Positions 45,142 to 59,471 are shown, counted from the stretch's first letter. The stretch: 64,000 nucleotides of DNA from the human T2T-CHM13v2.0 reference genome, Homo sapiens (GCF_009914755.1 NC_060927.1); one strand, 5' to 3'. The notes: generated by a model not told the origin, from the letters alone. Program-made: numbers and translations.

Positions 45142-46740
45142 AATTGAAATTGTCTAGAGCTAAAGAGGACAGTTTTTCCAATGGAACATAGGCAGAGGGC
45201 AAACTTTGGTCTTTATTTAGCTGAAGTTGTCAAATATCCAAAGATTAGGTGTTGGAGGTGCCCTGAATTCACTTCATGAGGGCAATCCCAAGAGTCACTC
45301 GATGTCACAGAGTAAAAACAGCCCATCACATTAGCAGTTCTTTATCTTTGGGGAGAAATTTCTCTCTTCAAGGTTCTGATGAAAGCTAGGGAGAAAAATG
45401 CAGTAACATGCAAAATTCTGCATCCAATTTTAAGAATTAAGCTCTTACTTAATGCCAAGCATGCTTTGGCAGATGAAGAAAAGATAAAAGATGTATTAGG
45501 CAAAAGCAGCTTTGCTTTTCTGCATTTAAATTCTGCAGTGAAGTGGAGTTTTGATCCCAGTTATTCTCCCTGCTGACTTGCTGCTTCAGAGTGTGGGCAT
45601 CACCTCTAACCTATTTAAACGGGAAGGGTGCACATGAGTATTAGGTCAGAAGAGGAGAAATAGGACAGAAGTGGGGGGGGAGGAGATATAACAAATGTAT
45701 AGGCCAGAATCTAGAACCTTTTATTATGCCTCCTGTAACTTTCTCATGAAAGTGGGAGTGGAGTGAGGGGGAAGAAAATACCCAGGATGGATTCATAGGA
45801 ACATAGAAAGGTCTCTTCTAGCCCCGTGACTCTACTGAAAAAATTCAATCTCCTCTACATTTTCCATGAGGCATCAGTTGCTCTTTATAGTTTCTAAGGC
45901 AGCAGAATTATTATTAGTTCTATGGAAAATATCGAACCATAGTTGTTCTCAGGAGTATCTTGCTGCTTAAGCTTAAATGTCACAAGGTATTTGATCATAG
46001 ATAGATACCAATAGGGCAGGCAAAAGCCTGCTGCTCAGAAAGGGAAAAGCACAAAGAAATGACAGAGGTGGGCACAAAATAGACCTGGGGATGTGGGAGA
46101 CAGATAAGACTTTCTTTCCGAGAATGATGATTTAGCTTTAGAATGTGGCTGGCACCCCTGTAGTTGTTTTCCTTGTGCTTGTTCCACTAAAGCAGCCATT
46201 CCCCAGCCTTGGATTATAGCATTTCCTTATCAATGCTTTGAGCAAGATGCAAACAAAGGAGAGCTCCCATACCAATTTGGGAGTAGAAGTTCTCACCCTC
46301 GCTCTCCTACCTGGCATCCCTACAAAAATACGCAGATCTGGGTAGGTCTTTCCAAGGATCTGTTCAAAGTAAAAGTAAAAAAGAAAAGTGTGACTCAGTC
46401 TATTTTATATAACCACAAAGGATGACCAATTTGTACAATCAAGATACCTTGATGTTGAAAGAAACTTCTAAACACCTACATAAATGTAGCAGATGTAGCA
46501 AGAGAGGGACAGGTAGATTGAAGGAAAGGGTCAAATTTCATTTCCTTTCTGTTTTTAAGGTAATGAGGTTTTACTACCCCAGGCACACTGTCTACACTGA
46601 GTAACTAGAACTAAGCTGAGGAAGTGTTGCTGAGCGGAGAACCAACTCTAACAAATAGATAAGGGAGGCTTATAGTCATTTATCAATTATGTATGTACAC
46701 ATGAATGTCCTAAAGGGTTTGAAGGTACTTTGTGTGCTTC

Positions 46741-47280
46741 TGTCAGATGTGTTTGAACCAGAAAAACTCCGTCTTAAATAGAGGCTGGGTAAAATGAAGC
46801 TAGGGCTTGCTGGGCTGCATTCCCAACAAGTGAGGTATTCCTAGCCTCTAAATGTGTGCAGTTAAGGGAACAGATCGATAACATTTACTAAACAGACCCA
46901 GACTTAAGAGTGTCCTGATATCCTGATATCTTGAGAACAGAAGCACTCCTAATTTTGCTTTAAAAATAATATTGATTCTTGCAAAATATAGTAATTAAGG
47001 AAATTAATCCTTTATCACAAACCCTTGTAACATAATGCATTTCCCCATGATCTTTTTTTATCCTCTATGTAAACAAACACTGTACCCAAGGTGAACACAT
47101 TCCTCCTCTCACTTTCAGGAATGCCCTACTCTGTCTATGGAGTAGCTTTTTTTTCACCATTTCACTTTCTTAATAAATAAACTTGCTTTTGCTTTACACT
47201 GTGGACTCACCCTGAATTATTTCTTATGTGAGATCCAAGAACCCTCTCTTGGGATCTGGATCAAGACCCCTTTCCCTATA
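46741..47280 (+). mobile_element. MER41C/D-like (ERV1) solo LTR
   Basis: tgtcagatgtgtttgaaccag...ggctgggtaaaatgaagct ... gagatccaagaaccctctcttgggatctggatc. Confidence 0.78.
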
Positions 47281-48284
47281 AGCCTGTTCTGCAATGTCAT
47301 TTGCTAACCACTTTTCTTCTTTTCATATATAGGACAAAATTCCCTTCCATCCAGACTCTACCTCCAAAATTCTGAATTCATAAGGTCTGTGCAATGAAGG
47401 TTTTAATGTGCCTAAATTTCTGTCTGCCTATCCCCTAATTTTACCCTCAGGCCAGCCCCTTCCCTGAGCTTTACACATTTTCAATTCTCTACTGCAGCAA
47501 TCTCCAAACTGGGATATCCCTGCCCTCTGACATTTCAATGTACAGACATTCCAAAGGGTATGTGAGCACAAATAGTTTCAAGGGAAGACATTTCCAGATC
47601 CTACACGTGCTTTTTGCCTAACCTATCTGCCTGAGAAAGTGCTTGTAGTCAGCATTATGCAATATTCTTTCCACCCTCCCAACGACCCCTTTTTCTCCAT
47701 TTTAACAAAAGAAAAGCTTAAGTCTCATCTATCCTGATCTTACCTTTGTAAGATCAATTTGGCAATCTCCAATTCTTTGCTTTCAACAAACATGAAGAAT
47801 TTAATAAACATGACCACTAACACATCACTAAAAATTAGTTTGATGATAAAGTATTACGTGGTTTTTTAGCAGATATCTGTAAAGGCATTCATAGACTTGA
47901 GTAACATTGCCCTTAAAAAGAAAAAAACAAACAAACAGAAAAATGACAGAGAATTGATGCTGCATCATCTCTCATTCCAACAATAAGTAATCTTTATTAA
48001 TACATGAGCTAATTAAAAAGGAAACCAGCCTCAATCATCTAATTAAGAGATTCGAATATAAAGATTTCCAATATAATTATTTTATATTTAGTATTTATTG
48101 AAATGTGTATTAGGTGTTATTTTGACCAGTTGTCAACTAATTGAAACAAACAACTTAATCCAGAAGAAAGTTTTTTAACATTTGGACCTTACGGCCTTAA
48201 AAAAACTTCGATCCTTTTAAAATTTCAATTTATATGCATACTTTTATGGTAGCGAAGTAGACAGAATACTAAAAAACTTTCAAC

Positions 48285-48406
48285 ACACGTGCCATGTTGG
48301 TGTGCTGCACCCATTAACTCGTCATTTAACATTAGGTATATGTAACTAACCCGCACGTTGTGCACATGTACCCTAAAACTTAAAGTATAATAAAAAAAAA
48401 AAAGAA
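48285..48406 (+). mobile_element. About 120-bp twin-primed L1PA (PA4-6-like) 3' end
   Basis: Inverted 3'UTR piece 48285-48340, sense piece 48338 to poly-A; 17-bp TSD aaaaaactttcaacaca at 48271-48287 and 48407-48423. Confidence 0.93.
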
Positions 48407-48637
48407 AAAAAACTTTCAACACAAACATCTATCACTTTAGGATAAAATTTTGTGGGAAACATAGAAAGAAATATGAGTAAAAGGAATGATGTATTTTTTT
48501 TTGGCTGTGTAAGAAAAACTTGTTCAACTATATTTTAAATACAAGTATATTGTGCTTGTTCGAGTGTATTTTAAATAGATGATAATGGAAATCAAATCAC
48601 TATGTTTCATAGGCGCATGGATTCATTTAAAAGAGAG

Positions 48638-49014
48638 TGATATGTTCTGACTCTGTGTCCCCACCCAAATCTCATTTTGAATTGTAATCCAAAATGTAAT
48701 CCCCACGGGTTGGAGTAGGGACCTTTTGGGGGTGATTACATCATGGGGGAAGTTTCCCCTTGCTGTTCTCATGACAGTGAGTGAGTTCTCATGAGATCTG
48801 ATGGTTTTATAAGGGGCCCTTTCCCCTTCACTCCTTACTTCTCTCTCCTGCTGCCTTGTGAAGAAGGATATGTTTGCTTCACCTTCTGCCATGATTATAA
48901 GTCTCCTGAGGCCTCCCCAGTCATGTGGAATTGTGTATCAATTAAACCTCTTTCCTTTACAAATTACCCATTCTCAGGTATTTCTTTATAGAAGAGTGAA
49001 AATGAACTAATACA
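48638..49014 (+). mobile_element. THE1D/MSTA-like solo LTR
   Basis: tgatatgttctgactctgtgtccccacccaaatctc ... aaatgaactaataca. Confidence 0.88.
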
Positions 49015-49196
49015 GAAGGATATAACTGTGTTATTTAAGATATGTTGTCACTACAACAGGCTAGAAATTATCCTTTGTAACTGTTTAAACACAATTAAAA
49101 ATAACAGCTGTAAACTTAGAGATGTGCAAGAGAGTAGATTTCCAAACTTCTTTAGGTAGTTCAGAAGCAAAAATGTTTGAAACCCATTGTTCTTGA

Positions 49197-49345
49197 GCCT
49201 TGCTACTCAAAGTGAGACTCCAGTGGCATCCCTGAGAACTTGTTATAAATAGATATAGCAGGCCTCCCCTCAACCTTGTTGAATCAGAATCATTCAAATA
49301 CAATTCCCAAGTGGCCCATATCCCATTAAGGTTTAAGAAGCTCTG
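49197..49345 (+). mobile_element. MER5A-like hAT MITE
   Basis: gctactcaaagtg...cttgttataaat...tgaatcagaatc...aaggtttaagaagctctg. Confidence 0.65.
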
Positions 49346-49658
49346 TAAGATTCCTTCACCTAGTATCTGAAAGTTAACCTATTATATCTCTAAACTTTGA
49401 CATTTCTTTCACTTGTTTTCCTGTCCTTGTTAATGGCATCAGCATCCAGTTAATCCTGAGTAGAAACCCCAAGGTCGTGTTTAACGCTTCCTCTTCACTT
49501 ACTCCTTCCTCACTCCTCACATCCAATCAGCAAAGAAAGAAGCCCAATCAAGTTGATATTTTCCATTAGTTACTATGTGCAGGGCAATAAGGATAGAAAG
49601 TTAAATAAAATATATTCCAAGCTTAATTTAAATAATTGTCTTCTAATTCCAATGCCCT

Positions 49659-50657
49659 CTGTGGTGGACAGACTCTGTTAAAAAGTAAACAGAGGAGCAA
49701 TAAAGTTTTAAAGGGTTTATTTGAGCAAATAAGGATTTATGAATTGGGTAGCTCCAAACCAGAAGTGGTTTAGGGGATCCGCTGAAGGAACTCAAGGAGG
49801 AGGCTTTATACGACAAATGCAGAAGTAAAGCAAAGAAAATATTTGACTGGTTATAGTTATACGGTTGCCTTACTTGGTCTATCCTGTTCGAAAGTCTCTA
49901 TTTACAAAAGTTTGTTCACTGCTCCTGATTGGTTGAGCTTAAGTTCTGCCTTTCTTTAATACAGACATTTACAAGAAAGAGCTCAAATTATGTTTCACTT
50001 ACGTTTGCAATGTAATCAGAGTTAAGGGCACTGGCTTTGTCTGCTCAGAGATTCTTCAGGCCTGGTGAAGAATCTACTTTAACAACGGTAAGCTGACCCC
50101 AACTAGTCTCCACATGCTATGGTAATCTTTTTGTGTAATCTTCTCCCCTTGAGTGTATGTGGGAAGGTGGACCTGTGACTTGCTTCTAACAAAGAGTATA
50201 TATCAAAATAGGTCTCTCCTGTGCTCACATTTTATAAGATTCCTTGCCAGACTTACTTCAAGTCTCTGCACTGCTGGCCTAAAAAGGTGAGCTGAAAGAT
50301 AATAAACTGCCTATGGAGAGGACTGCGTGGCAGGGAAACAAGCCACCCTGCCAATCCCCTGCAGGAGCTGAGGGCAGCTCTTAGCACTACAGTTGCAAAA
50401 TAAATAAGCAGGTAAATTCTGCCAATAACTTGTGAGAGCTTGGAAACAGATTCTTCTCCAGTCAAGCCCCAGAAGACAATGCAACCCAGCCGACACCTTG
50501 ATTGCAGCCTTGTGAAAGACCCTGAAACAACCTCAGTGAGAACCCAGCTAAGTCATTCCTGGACTTCTGATCCACAGAAACTGTAAGGTAATAAATGTGT
50601 GTTGCTGTAAGCTGCTAAGTTTGTGACAATTTGTTACGCACAATAGAAAAGTATGCA
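49659..50657 (+). mobile_element. MLT1E/F-like LTR with a nested ERV-type LTR (about 49676-50083)
   Basis: tgtggtggacagactc ... gacaccttgattgcagccttgtga ... taagctgctaagtttgtgacaatttgttacgcac; the inner element is bounded by tgttaa ... ttaaca. Confidence 0.75.
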
Positions 50658-52589
50658 GCCTCTGATAATGTCTTAGCTGGACAGGTGCAAGAAGGCCCTT
50701 GCCATTGCTCTTCTATCCACAGTTTTTCTCTTTTCTTCATCCTGTTTCAAAACAAATCTCCCCATGTCAAATTCATGCCTAAAATACTTCAAGGGCCTAA
50801 AAACTCTGTCCAGAACATAGCAAGTTTTCAATCAATGTGTTAAATGAATAAGAATATAAGGTATTAAAAAGTTACCTGTATATAATAAAACAATAAGCAA
50901 TGGACCTATTGATTACAAAGACACAGGGCAGGCCTTCAAGATGCATCAAGCCCACATACCAAGGGACATGATGGGGCTGATGCAGTGGTGATTCTGCTTA
51001 AATTTTAGCTTTACAGGTATTCTTTATATCCTTTGAAAAGTCACCTCTCATATCAGACTGTCCTTTTCTATAGTAACAAAAAGTAGGCAATCCTCTATAA
51101 GTGCCTAATTTATGTATTTTAAAACCATGTCCTATTTCCAACTGCAGGGAGAAGGGAACTTTCGATTTACTGAGTGCTGAGTCTCCTACTATACGTTTCA
51201 CGGGCTCCCTGTGATTTAGGGATCCGGCACATGCCCAGCATACACAGGCCCAGCATCTACACTTTCTCACATCAAAATAACTTTCACATTTGCCTCCATT
51301 TTGCTTTATTCATTCACAGAGAGCTTTGAGTGCTGCCAAGTTCAAAATGTGTTGCTAAGAGACAAACTTGCCCTGTGGATAAGGAAAAGGAATCAAAAGC
51401 AACTTGCCAATGGTTTCATTACTGACTCATTTATCAATCTTGGAAGACATAGGGCTGCTCTGCCTCTTGGTTTCCCCAAATGGTAATCAGAAAAAAATTA
51501 TCTGATGGATGCTCTGTGCAGAGACGTGATCCTATTAATTTCCATCACCCCCTCCTGTTTTGCTTCTGTTGAATCCATGCTGCACCCCAGTGCCAGGTGG
51601 ACTTTCGCACAGCACACCTCTGCTCGCCTCTCTGCCCTCACACGCATGCTGAAGCCCTTCAGTGATCCTCCAGTGCATTAGAGACCCATTCAAGCTGTTC
51701 AGTGAGAGCCTTTTAGGATCTGGCCTCACCTTTCTGCTGTGGCTCCCTGCGTTTTCCCTGCATGTTCCTTGCTCTGCAGCCACCTGCCTCACCAGCTAAC
51801 CCATGCCTTCCCATCCCAACTTCTTGCTGCTGCCATGCTGGCTGGTTTACAAAGAAGTCCTCTGATATTTCTGGCAGCTGGAATCTCCCCCATCCTTCAA
51901 AGGCTTTGCAATGATTTTCTTTACACTGTGCCCCTAAACAGAAGTAATCTTCCCCTCCCTTCATTCCTGTGATTGTGTATTTTTCTCTTTTGGGATTCCT
52001 GCTTTCTTCACTGTAGTGGTTACAGTATTTGTGATCCCAACTAGTCTATTGAGCTACTTGATCTTAGGCACTGTGCCATCCATACTTGTCTCCCACACAA
52101 TAACTCACAAAAGCAGATAATTAATTTGTTTATTACATACAACGGCTAACGTTTGTGGAGTATGTTATCCAGGCTAAGCATGTTACATGCATTATCTTAT
52201 TCACTCCTCATAATTACCCAAGGAGTTACTGTTATTAACCCCATTTTACAAATTAGGAAATTGAGGCTCTAAAAGATTATAAACTAGCTCAGGGTAACAG
52301 CCACACAGCTGTTCAGTGGCCAAGTCAAGATTTCAACACAGGTTTGTATGACTCTACTTCGTCTCTACTGAATGCTGTTGATTTATGGATATTTGAAAGC
52401 CTAAAACAGTGGTCCTGAAAACCCTTAAAATTCTTTTGAATAAAAATGATAAAGACTGCATTATTTGTAATGAATTTTACTTTCTTTCAGGCAATCTCAT
52501 TCATTGCAGATGAGAGTTTCTACAGGTACAGCTCCCTTTCAGGACATTTAGATATTATTTTCAAATATTTCAATATATATTTCATTTGA

Positions 52590-53035
52590 ATAAGTTAGGA
52601 TTTCATGTGACAGTGTGTAACAGGGAAAACTTTTTGTAGTAGCTGAAACAATATAGAAACTTAGTTCTCTTTTTGTAAAAGAAATCCAGAGTCAAATACT
52701 CCAGGGATACTATGGTGGCTCAAAGTTTTCAGGAGCCCAGGCTCTGTTAGTCTTGCTGTTCCCCTGTGACCTTAGCATGTCACCCCATGATTCACCACAG
52801 CTTCCCAAGTCCAGTTAGCATGAAAAAGGAAGGAATGAAGAAAAGTTTGCTCTTTAACTAGTAAGGAGACTGCTTAAAAAAAATTAAATAACACTTGAGA
52901 TCAAATTTCATTGGTTAAAAGTAAGTCACATGGCCATACCTAGCTACAAGGGAATCTGGGAAATGTAGTCTTTTAGCTGACTGCTCTGCTCCCTGAAATA
53001 AATGTGAGGTTATATTGTGAAAGAAAAAGGAAAGA
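52590..53035 (-). mobile_element. MLT1J/K-like LTR
   Basis: agtcacatggccatacctagctacaagggaatctgggaaatgtagtcttttagctg. Confidence 0.7.
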
Positions 53036-54019
53036 ATGAATATTGAGGGGCAACTAGCAATCTTTGCCTTGCATCTAACACAGGACTTCTACTTCCAGCA
53101 ACTAGTCACACAGGTATCAAAGATACATGCCTAAGGATAGTTACTGCAGCACTATTTGAAACAACCAAACATAAGTAATTCTAAAATCTTTAAGGATGTG
53201 GATAAATTACTTAAAGTATGCAACAAAATGTGATGATGTTCTATGTAAAAACATAGTTAAAATATATAGTTAAGTGAAACAACAACTTGGAAAACAGGGA
53301 TTAGAGCATGATCTAATTTATAAATAAATATGAAAAAAATTGTTTCTATTTTACTTTATATACTTAGATATTATTTTAAATTTTTTAAGCCCATGAACAT
53401 ATATTACCTTACAATGATTTGTTTTTAATTTAAAATCTTATTTATCAAAAAAAAAGCATCTCTAACCTTAGGATCTTTTATATCCCTTAATACAATTTTC
53501 TTTGATATTCCTTTTATTCCTGTCTTATTTGCTAACTCAGAGCAGCAACATTATAAAACTTCACACTTGAGACTAAGAAGGGATTGTTTCTGAGCCACTT
53601 TGGAGGAGTTTCTACCCAGGTTCCCTTATCCAGCTCCAGCCCCATCCCCTCAGCCTATTCCAATGCAGGACAAGAAAACTCTTCGAGTCACAGTTACATA
53701 ATGGAGTTCCACTATCAGAGAAGTTTGGAAAAATGCTAAGTTGCATTAAAATGGGCTTCTTTTCTGCAGGGTATTTTAGAGTCTTTGATAGGGAAAGACC
53801 TGTGAATCTATACGAAAGAAACGTGCAGTAATATGCATTGTTTAGAAACTACTTTACCAGAAAGTACTGGTATTACTTACTTTCTCTAATAGGTTTTTGC
53901 ATTGAATACTGTTCAACTTTTAGCAAACTCTGTTTCAGAGAAAAACTTGGGCAAATCATCCAGTAGACACAGGCTCTGAACGGTCCATTACTATCTTAGC
54001 TCTAACAACAAAAACAACA

Positions 54020-54761
54020 ACAATAAACAAATTATAGACTTAGGGGCTTACGCAACAGACATTTATTTCTCATAGTTCCAGAGGCCTGGAAGTCCAAAAT
54101 TAAGGTGCAGATTTGGTTTCTGGTGAGGACCCACTTCCTAGCTTTTGTCTTAGTCCATTTGTGCTGTCGAAACAAAACGTCATTGACAGGCTAGCTTATA
54201 AACAACAGAAATTTCTTTCTCACAGTTCTAGAGGATGTGAGGTCCAAGATTAGGGTGCCAGCATGATTGGGTTCTGGTGATGGCCTTCTTCTGCAAATGG
54301 CCATCTTCTGTGTCCTCCCATGGTAGAAAGAGCAAAGGGAATGCCCCCTCCCTCCAAATCTTTTTATAAGGGCACTCATCCCATTCATAAGAGCTCCACC
54401 CTCATGATCTAACCACCTCCAAAATGCCCCACCTCCTAATAGCACCACATTGGGGTTTAGGATTTCATTATATGAATTGGGGAGGGATATAAACATTCAG
54501 GTCCTAGCACTTGTAAATGGTCACCTTCTCACTGTGCACTCACAGGGCCCTTTCCTTGGTGTATATGCTTGAAGAGAGAGAGAGAGCAAGCTCTTACGTT
54601 TCTTCCTCTTTTTAGAAGAGTATTAATTCTATCATAAAGGCCCCACCTTCAAGACCTATCTAGTTCTAAGGATCTCCCACAGCCCCCACCTCCAATACCA
54701 TCACACTGGGGGTTAGGACTTCCATAAATGAATTTCGGGGGGACACATTCAGTCCATAGTA
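54020..54761 (-). mobile_element. MLT1A-type LTR with a second MLT1A0-type LTR nested at 54146-54509
   Basis: Outer element split at cttcctagctt|cttgtaaatgg; inner element tgtcttagtccatt ... aaacattcaggtcctagca. Confidence 0.8.
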
Positions 54762-55480
54762 GACCCATCAACCCTTCCATCTCCCATCGCCAGCTCACCA
54801 TTCCTTTTGCTCCACCTTGACGAACACCTGCAGGTTTTCCAGATAGACTAGCTCTCTTTTGTTCCACCCTTCCTATCCTCTTTGCTTGGCAAATCTCTAC
54901 TTTTCCTTCAAACCTCTACTAAAATGTAGCCCCTCCAGGAAGCCTTCCTTGCCCATCCTCTTACCTCCCCCAACTGCCAAGTTTTCTTTACTTTGATCAT
55001 AATACTTGCCACCACAGTGTGTGTAATATCTAATGCATTTCTCAGTCCCCACCACTGGAATGCAAATCCTTCAATGCTAAGGACTTGTGACTTTTTTGCT
55101 TTTGTATCTTCAAAACCTAAAACAGTGCCTGGAATATAAGGGATGGTGTAATACATATTTCTGAATGAATAAGTGGGAGAGCTTGGCAATTAAATCATGT
55201 GTTTAGGATAAGTTGCAAAATGGAGAAATTCACCACTATTTTCTGACTAGTAGAAAAATTATTTTTTAAAATAAGAAATTTAAGAGTTCTTTAAGTGAAA
55301 GAGGTTTCATGACTAAATGCACACTGTAAATAAGGTTTCAGAATTTCAAGTGGCTATCATGAAATAAAAAGTAATATCTCCAGTTTGAGTTGAATGCTTA
55401 TTTCTCATAAATCCTGCTAAATTTTCACATTAGGATGTAAATATGTAAAATTTTCATTGATATAAAGGTCCTCACAGAAA

Positions 55481-56243
<763 letters not shown>

Positions 56244-57556
56244 GTGTTTATTGCTCCATCTAACTCATTTAAACTAGTGACTCTCAGACTTGTGATCCCA
56301 GGTTCCACTTCTACCAGGTCTGACTGAGCATATTCAGGGTAAAGCCCAGAAATGTGTGTGGTTAATAAGCCACTTAAGTGATTCCAATAGTGTGGATCAC
56401 AGACAAAATTTTACAAAATGTTAATTTAAACTGTCAAGTGCTTTGCTTCTTCCCTGATTTTAATCAAAAGTCAGGTTCTTTCTCTTGTGCTTTTTCCCAA
56501 GTAGACCAGGGAACAAAAAACAAGCAGGTGTATTTGGTTCAATACTAACCCAAAATGATCAACAATAATTTTCATGATAAAGCAATGTTAGCTAAGCTGA
56601 CATACCATATCCCAAATTGTAGACCAGAGGGACTAGAGTTCGCCAAATGACTTTCCCAATGAATAGGGGGAATATGGAAATTCTGACAGACTCTTTTCAA
56701 AACGAGCAGGTGTTGCAACACTGCAAATGACATGTGCTGCCAACAGCATTTCCCTCTTCTCTGGTGGCTCACTTTGAATTTTTTAGTGTGTCCACTCACT
56801 CACAGCTTCCCTGCAGCACAGCCAGCTGGAGAATGGAGAGGAATTGAGGTTCGCCAGGAGCTGTGCTCCTGTGATGAATTCCTGACTTGGAAACTCAGAG
56901 AACGATCTTGCATCAAGTTCTCCACCTACATCTAGTCCAACCATTGAGAACCTGAAGATGAAGCTGGTTAAACTCAGTGCTAAAGGCATCAGGGCCTGGA
57001 TCTCAGCACCAAGTGGATCACTCAACGTTACCACCCAAATCACCAGGCACATCAGTCTTGATGGAAAAATAACAGGACTTAGAGTCTAGGACTCACCTTA
57101 GCCATGTCTCTAACTGATGTGTGACTGGGCCCAAGTTATTTACCCTCTCTGAACCTCAGCAGCTCCATCTATAAAGCAGTGATAATAATTCCTACCTCCC
57201 AGGGGGCTATGTGGAGATACAACAAAACAGTATATAAAAAATTATCCATAAAATATTAGTTAATATAGAAAGGCATCCACATGTATATTCTTCAGCCACA
57301 GGCTGCACCCTCAGCCCTACAGGTAAGCTCAAAGGAGACCAGGTCAGAGATGGTGAACCTGCCTGTACAAGCCACTGCCACCATTGGCCAGTCTCCACAG
57401 AGCTTGTGCTGTGGACAGTTGGTGCATCAGATAACATGGAAGGGACACCTTAAGCAGTAGAAATGCTCTGTTGTTATGCAGTGTGACAAAATGGGTAGTA
57501 GGTCAGTTAACGGAGACTACTGGTAAATTGGAAAATCCTTTAAAATGATGTATACA

Positions 57557-58454
57557 GGGAGGAGCCAAGATGGCCGAATAGGAACAGCTCCGGTCTACAG
57601 CTCCCAGTGAGAGCGAGGCAGAAGATGGGTGATTTCTGCATTTCCATCTGAGGTACCGGGTTCATCTCACTAGGGAGTGCCAGACAGTGGGCGCAGGTCA
57701 CTGGGTGCGCGCACCGTGCGCGAGCCAAAGCAGGTCGAGGCATTGCCTCACTCAGGAAGCGCAAGGGGTCAGGGAGTTCCCTTTCCTAGTCAAAGAAAGG
57801 GGTGACGGACGGCACCTGGAAAATCAGGCCACTCCCACCCGAATACTGTGCTTTTCCGACGGGCTTAAAAAACAGCGCACCATGAGATTATATCCCGCAC
57901 CTGGCTCAGAGGGTCCTATGACCACAGAGTCTCGCTGATTGCTAGCACAGCAGTCTGAGATCAAACTGCAAGGTGGCAGCGAGGCTGGGGGAGGGGCGCC
58001 CGCCATTGCCCAGGCTTGATTAGGTAAACAAAGCAGCCAGGAAGCTCCAACTGGGTGGAGCCCACCACAGCTCAAGGAGGCCTGCCTGCCTCTGTAGGCT
58101 GCACCTCTGGGGGCAGGGCACAGACAAACAAAAAGACAGCAGTAACCTCTGCAGACTTAAATGTCCCTGTCTGACAGCTTTGAAGAGAGCAGTGGTTCTC
58201 CCAGTACACAGCTGGAGATCTGAGAAGAGGCAGACTGCCTCCTCAAGTGGGTCCCTGACCCCCGAGCAGCCTAACTGGGAGGCACCCCCCAACAGAGGCA
58301 CACTGACACCTCACACGGCAGGGTACTCCAACAGACCTGCAGCTGAGGGTCCTGTCTGTTAGAAGGAAAACTAACAAACAGAAAGGACATCCACACCAAA
58401 AACCCATCTGTACATCACCATCATCAAAGACCAAAAGTAGATAAAACCACAAAG
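57557..58454 (+). promoter_or_regulatory. L1 5'UTR (internal sense promoter and antisense promoter region) with intact YY1 site
   Basis: caagatggccg YY1 motif near +10; the most CpG-rich part of the window. Confidence 0.85.
57824..58006 (-). pseudogene. L1 ORF0, truncated to 60 aa
   Basis: MAGAPPPASLPPCSLISDCCASNQRDS...IRVGVA* matches primate L1 ORF0 (71 aa canonical) with a premature TGA. Confidence 0.85.
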
Positions 58455-59471
58455 ATGGGGAAAAAACAGAACAGAAAAACTGGAAACTCTAAAACGCAGA
58501 GCGCCTCTCCTCCTCCAAAGGAACGCAGTTCCTCAACAGCAACGGAACAAAGCTGGACGGAGAATGACTTTGACGAGCTGAGAGAAGAAGGCTTCAGATG
58601 ATCAAATTACTCTGAGCTACGGGAGGACATTCAAACCAAAGGCAAAGAAGTTGAAAACTTTGAAAAAATATTTAGAAGAATATATAACTAGAATAACCAA
58701 TACAGAGAAGTGCTTAAAGGAGCTGATGGAGCTGAAGACCAAGGCTCGAGAACTACGTGAAGAATGCAGAAGCCTCAGGAGCCGACGCGATCAACTGGAA
58801 GAAAGGGTATCAGCAATGGAAGATGAAATGAATGAAATGAAGCCAGAAGGGAAGTTTAGAGAAAAAAGAATAAAAAGAAATGAGCAAAGCCTCCAAGAAA
58901 TATGGGACTATGTGAAAAGACCAAATCTACGTCTGATTGGTGTACCTGAAAGTGATGGGGAGAATGGAACCAAGTTGGAAAACACTCTGCAGGATATTAT
59001 CCAGGAGAACTTCCCCAATCTAGCAAGGCAGGCCAACGTTCAGATTCAGGAAATACAGAGAACGCCACAAAGATACTCCTCGAAAAGAGCAACTCCAAGA
59101 CACATAATTGTCAGATTCACCAAAGTTGAAATGAAGGAAAAAATGTTCAGGGCAGCCAGAGAGAAAGGTCGGGTTACCCTCAAAGGGAAGCCCATCAGAC
59201 TAACAGCGGATCTCTCGGCAGAAACCCTACAAGCCAGAAGAGAGTGGGGACCAATATTCAACATTCTTAAAGAAAAGAATTTTCAACCCAGAATTTCATA
59301 TCCAGCCAAACTAAGCTTCATAAGTGAAGGAGAAATAAAATACTTTACAGAAAGCAAATGCAGAGAGATTTTGTCACCACCAGGCCTGCCCTAAAAGAGC
59401 TCCTCAAGGAAGCGCTAAACATGGAAAGGAACAACCGGTAACAGCCGCCGCAAAATCATGCCAAAATGTAA
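58455..59471 (+). pseudogene. L1 ORF1, disrupted
   Basis: ATG at 58455 (MGKKQNRK); in-frame TGA at 58599-58601 (R49 to stop, CpG decay); +1 frameshift near 58669; -1 frameshift near 59351; canonical TAA at 59469-59471. Confidence 0.95.

Larger units (their letters stand above)
47495..49190. mobile_element. Old hAT-Charlie DNA transposon remnant hosting a micro-L1 and a MaLR LTR
   Basis: TIR-like ends cagcaatctccaaact ... tgtttgaaacccattg; AT-rich degenerate interior. Confidence 0.5.

Noticed and set aside
44064-47280. MER41 provirus bounded by two LTRs
   Set aside because: The LTRs are in opposite orientation and of different subfamilies, the first has its own TSD, and no internal ERV sequence is evident.
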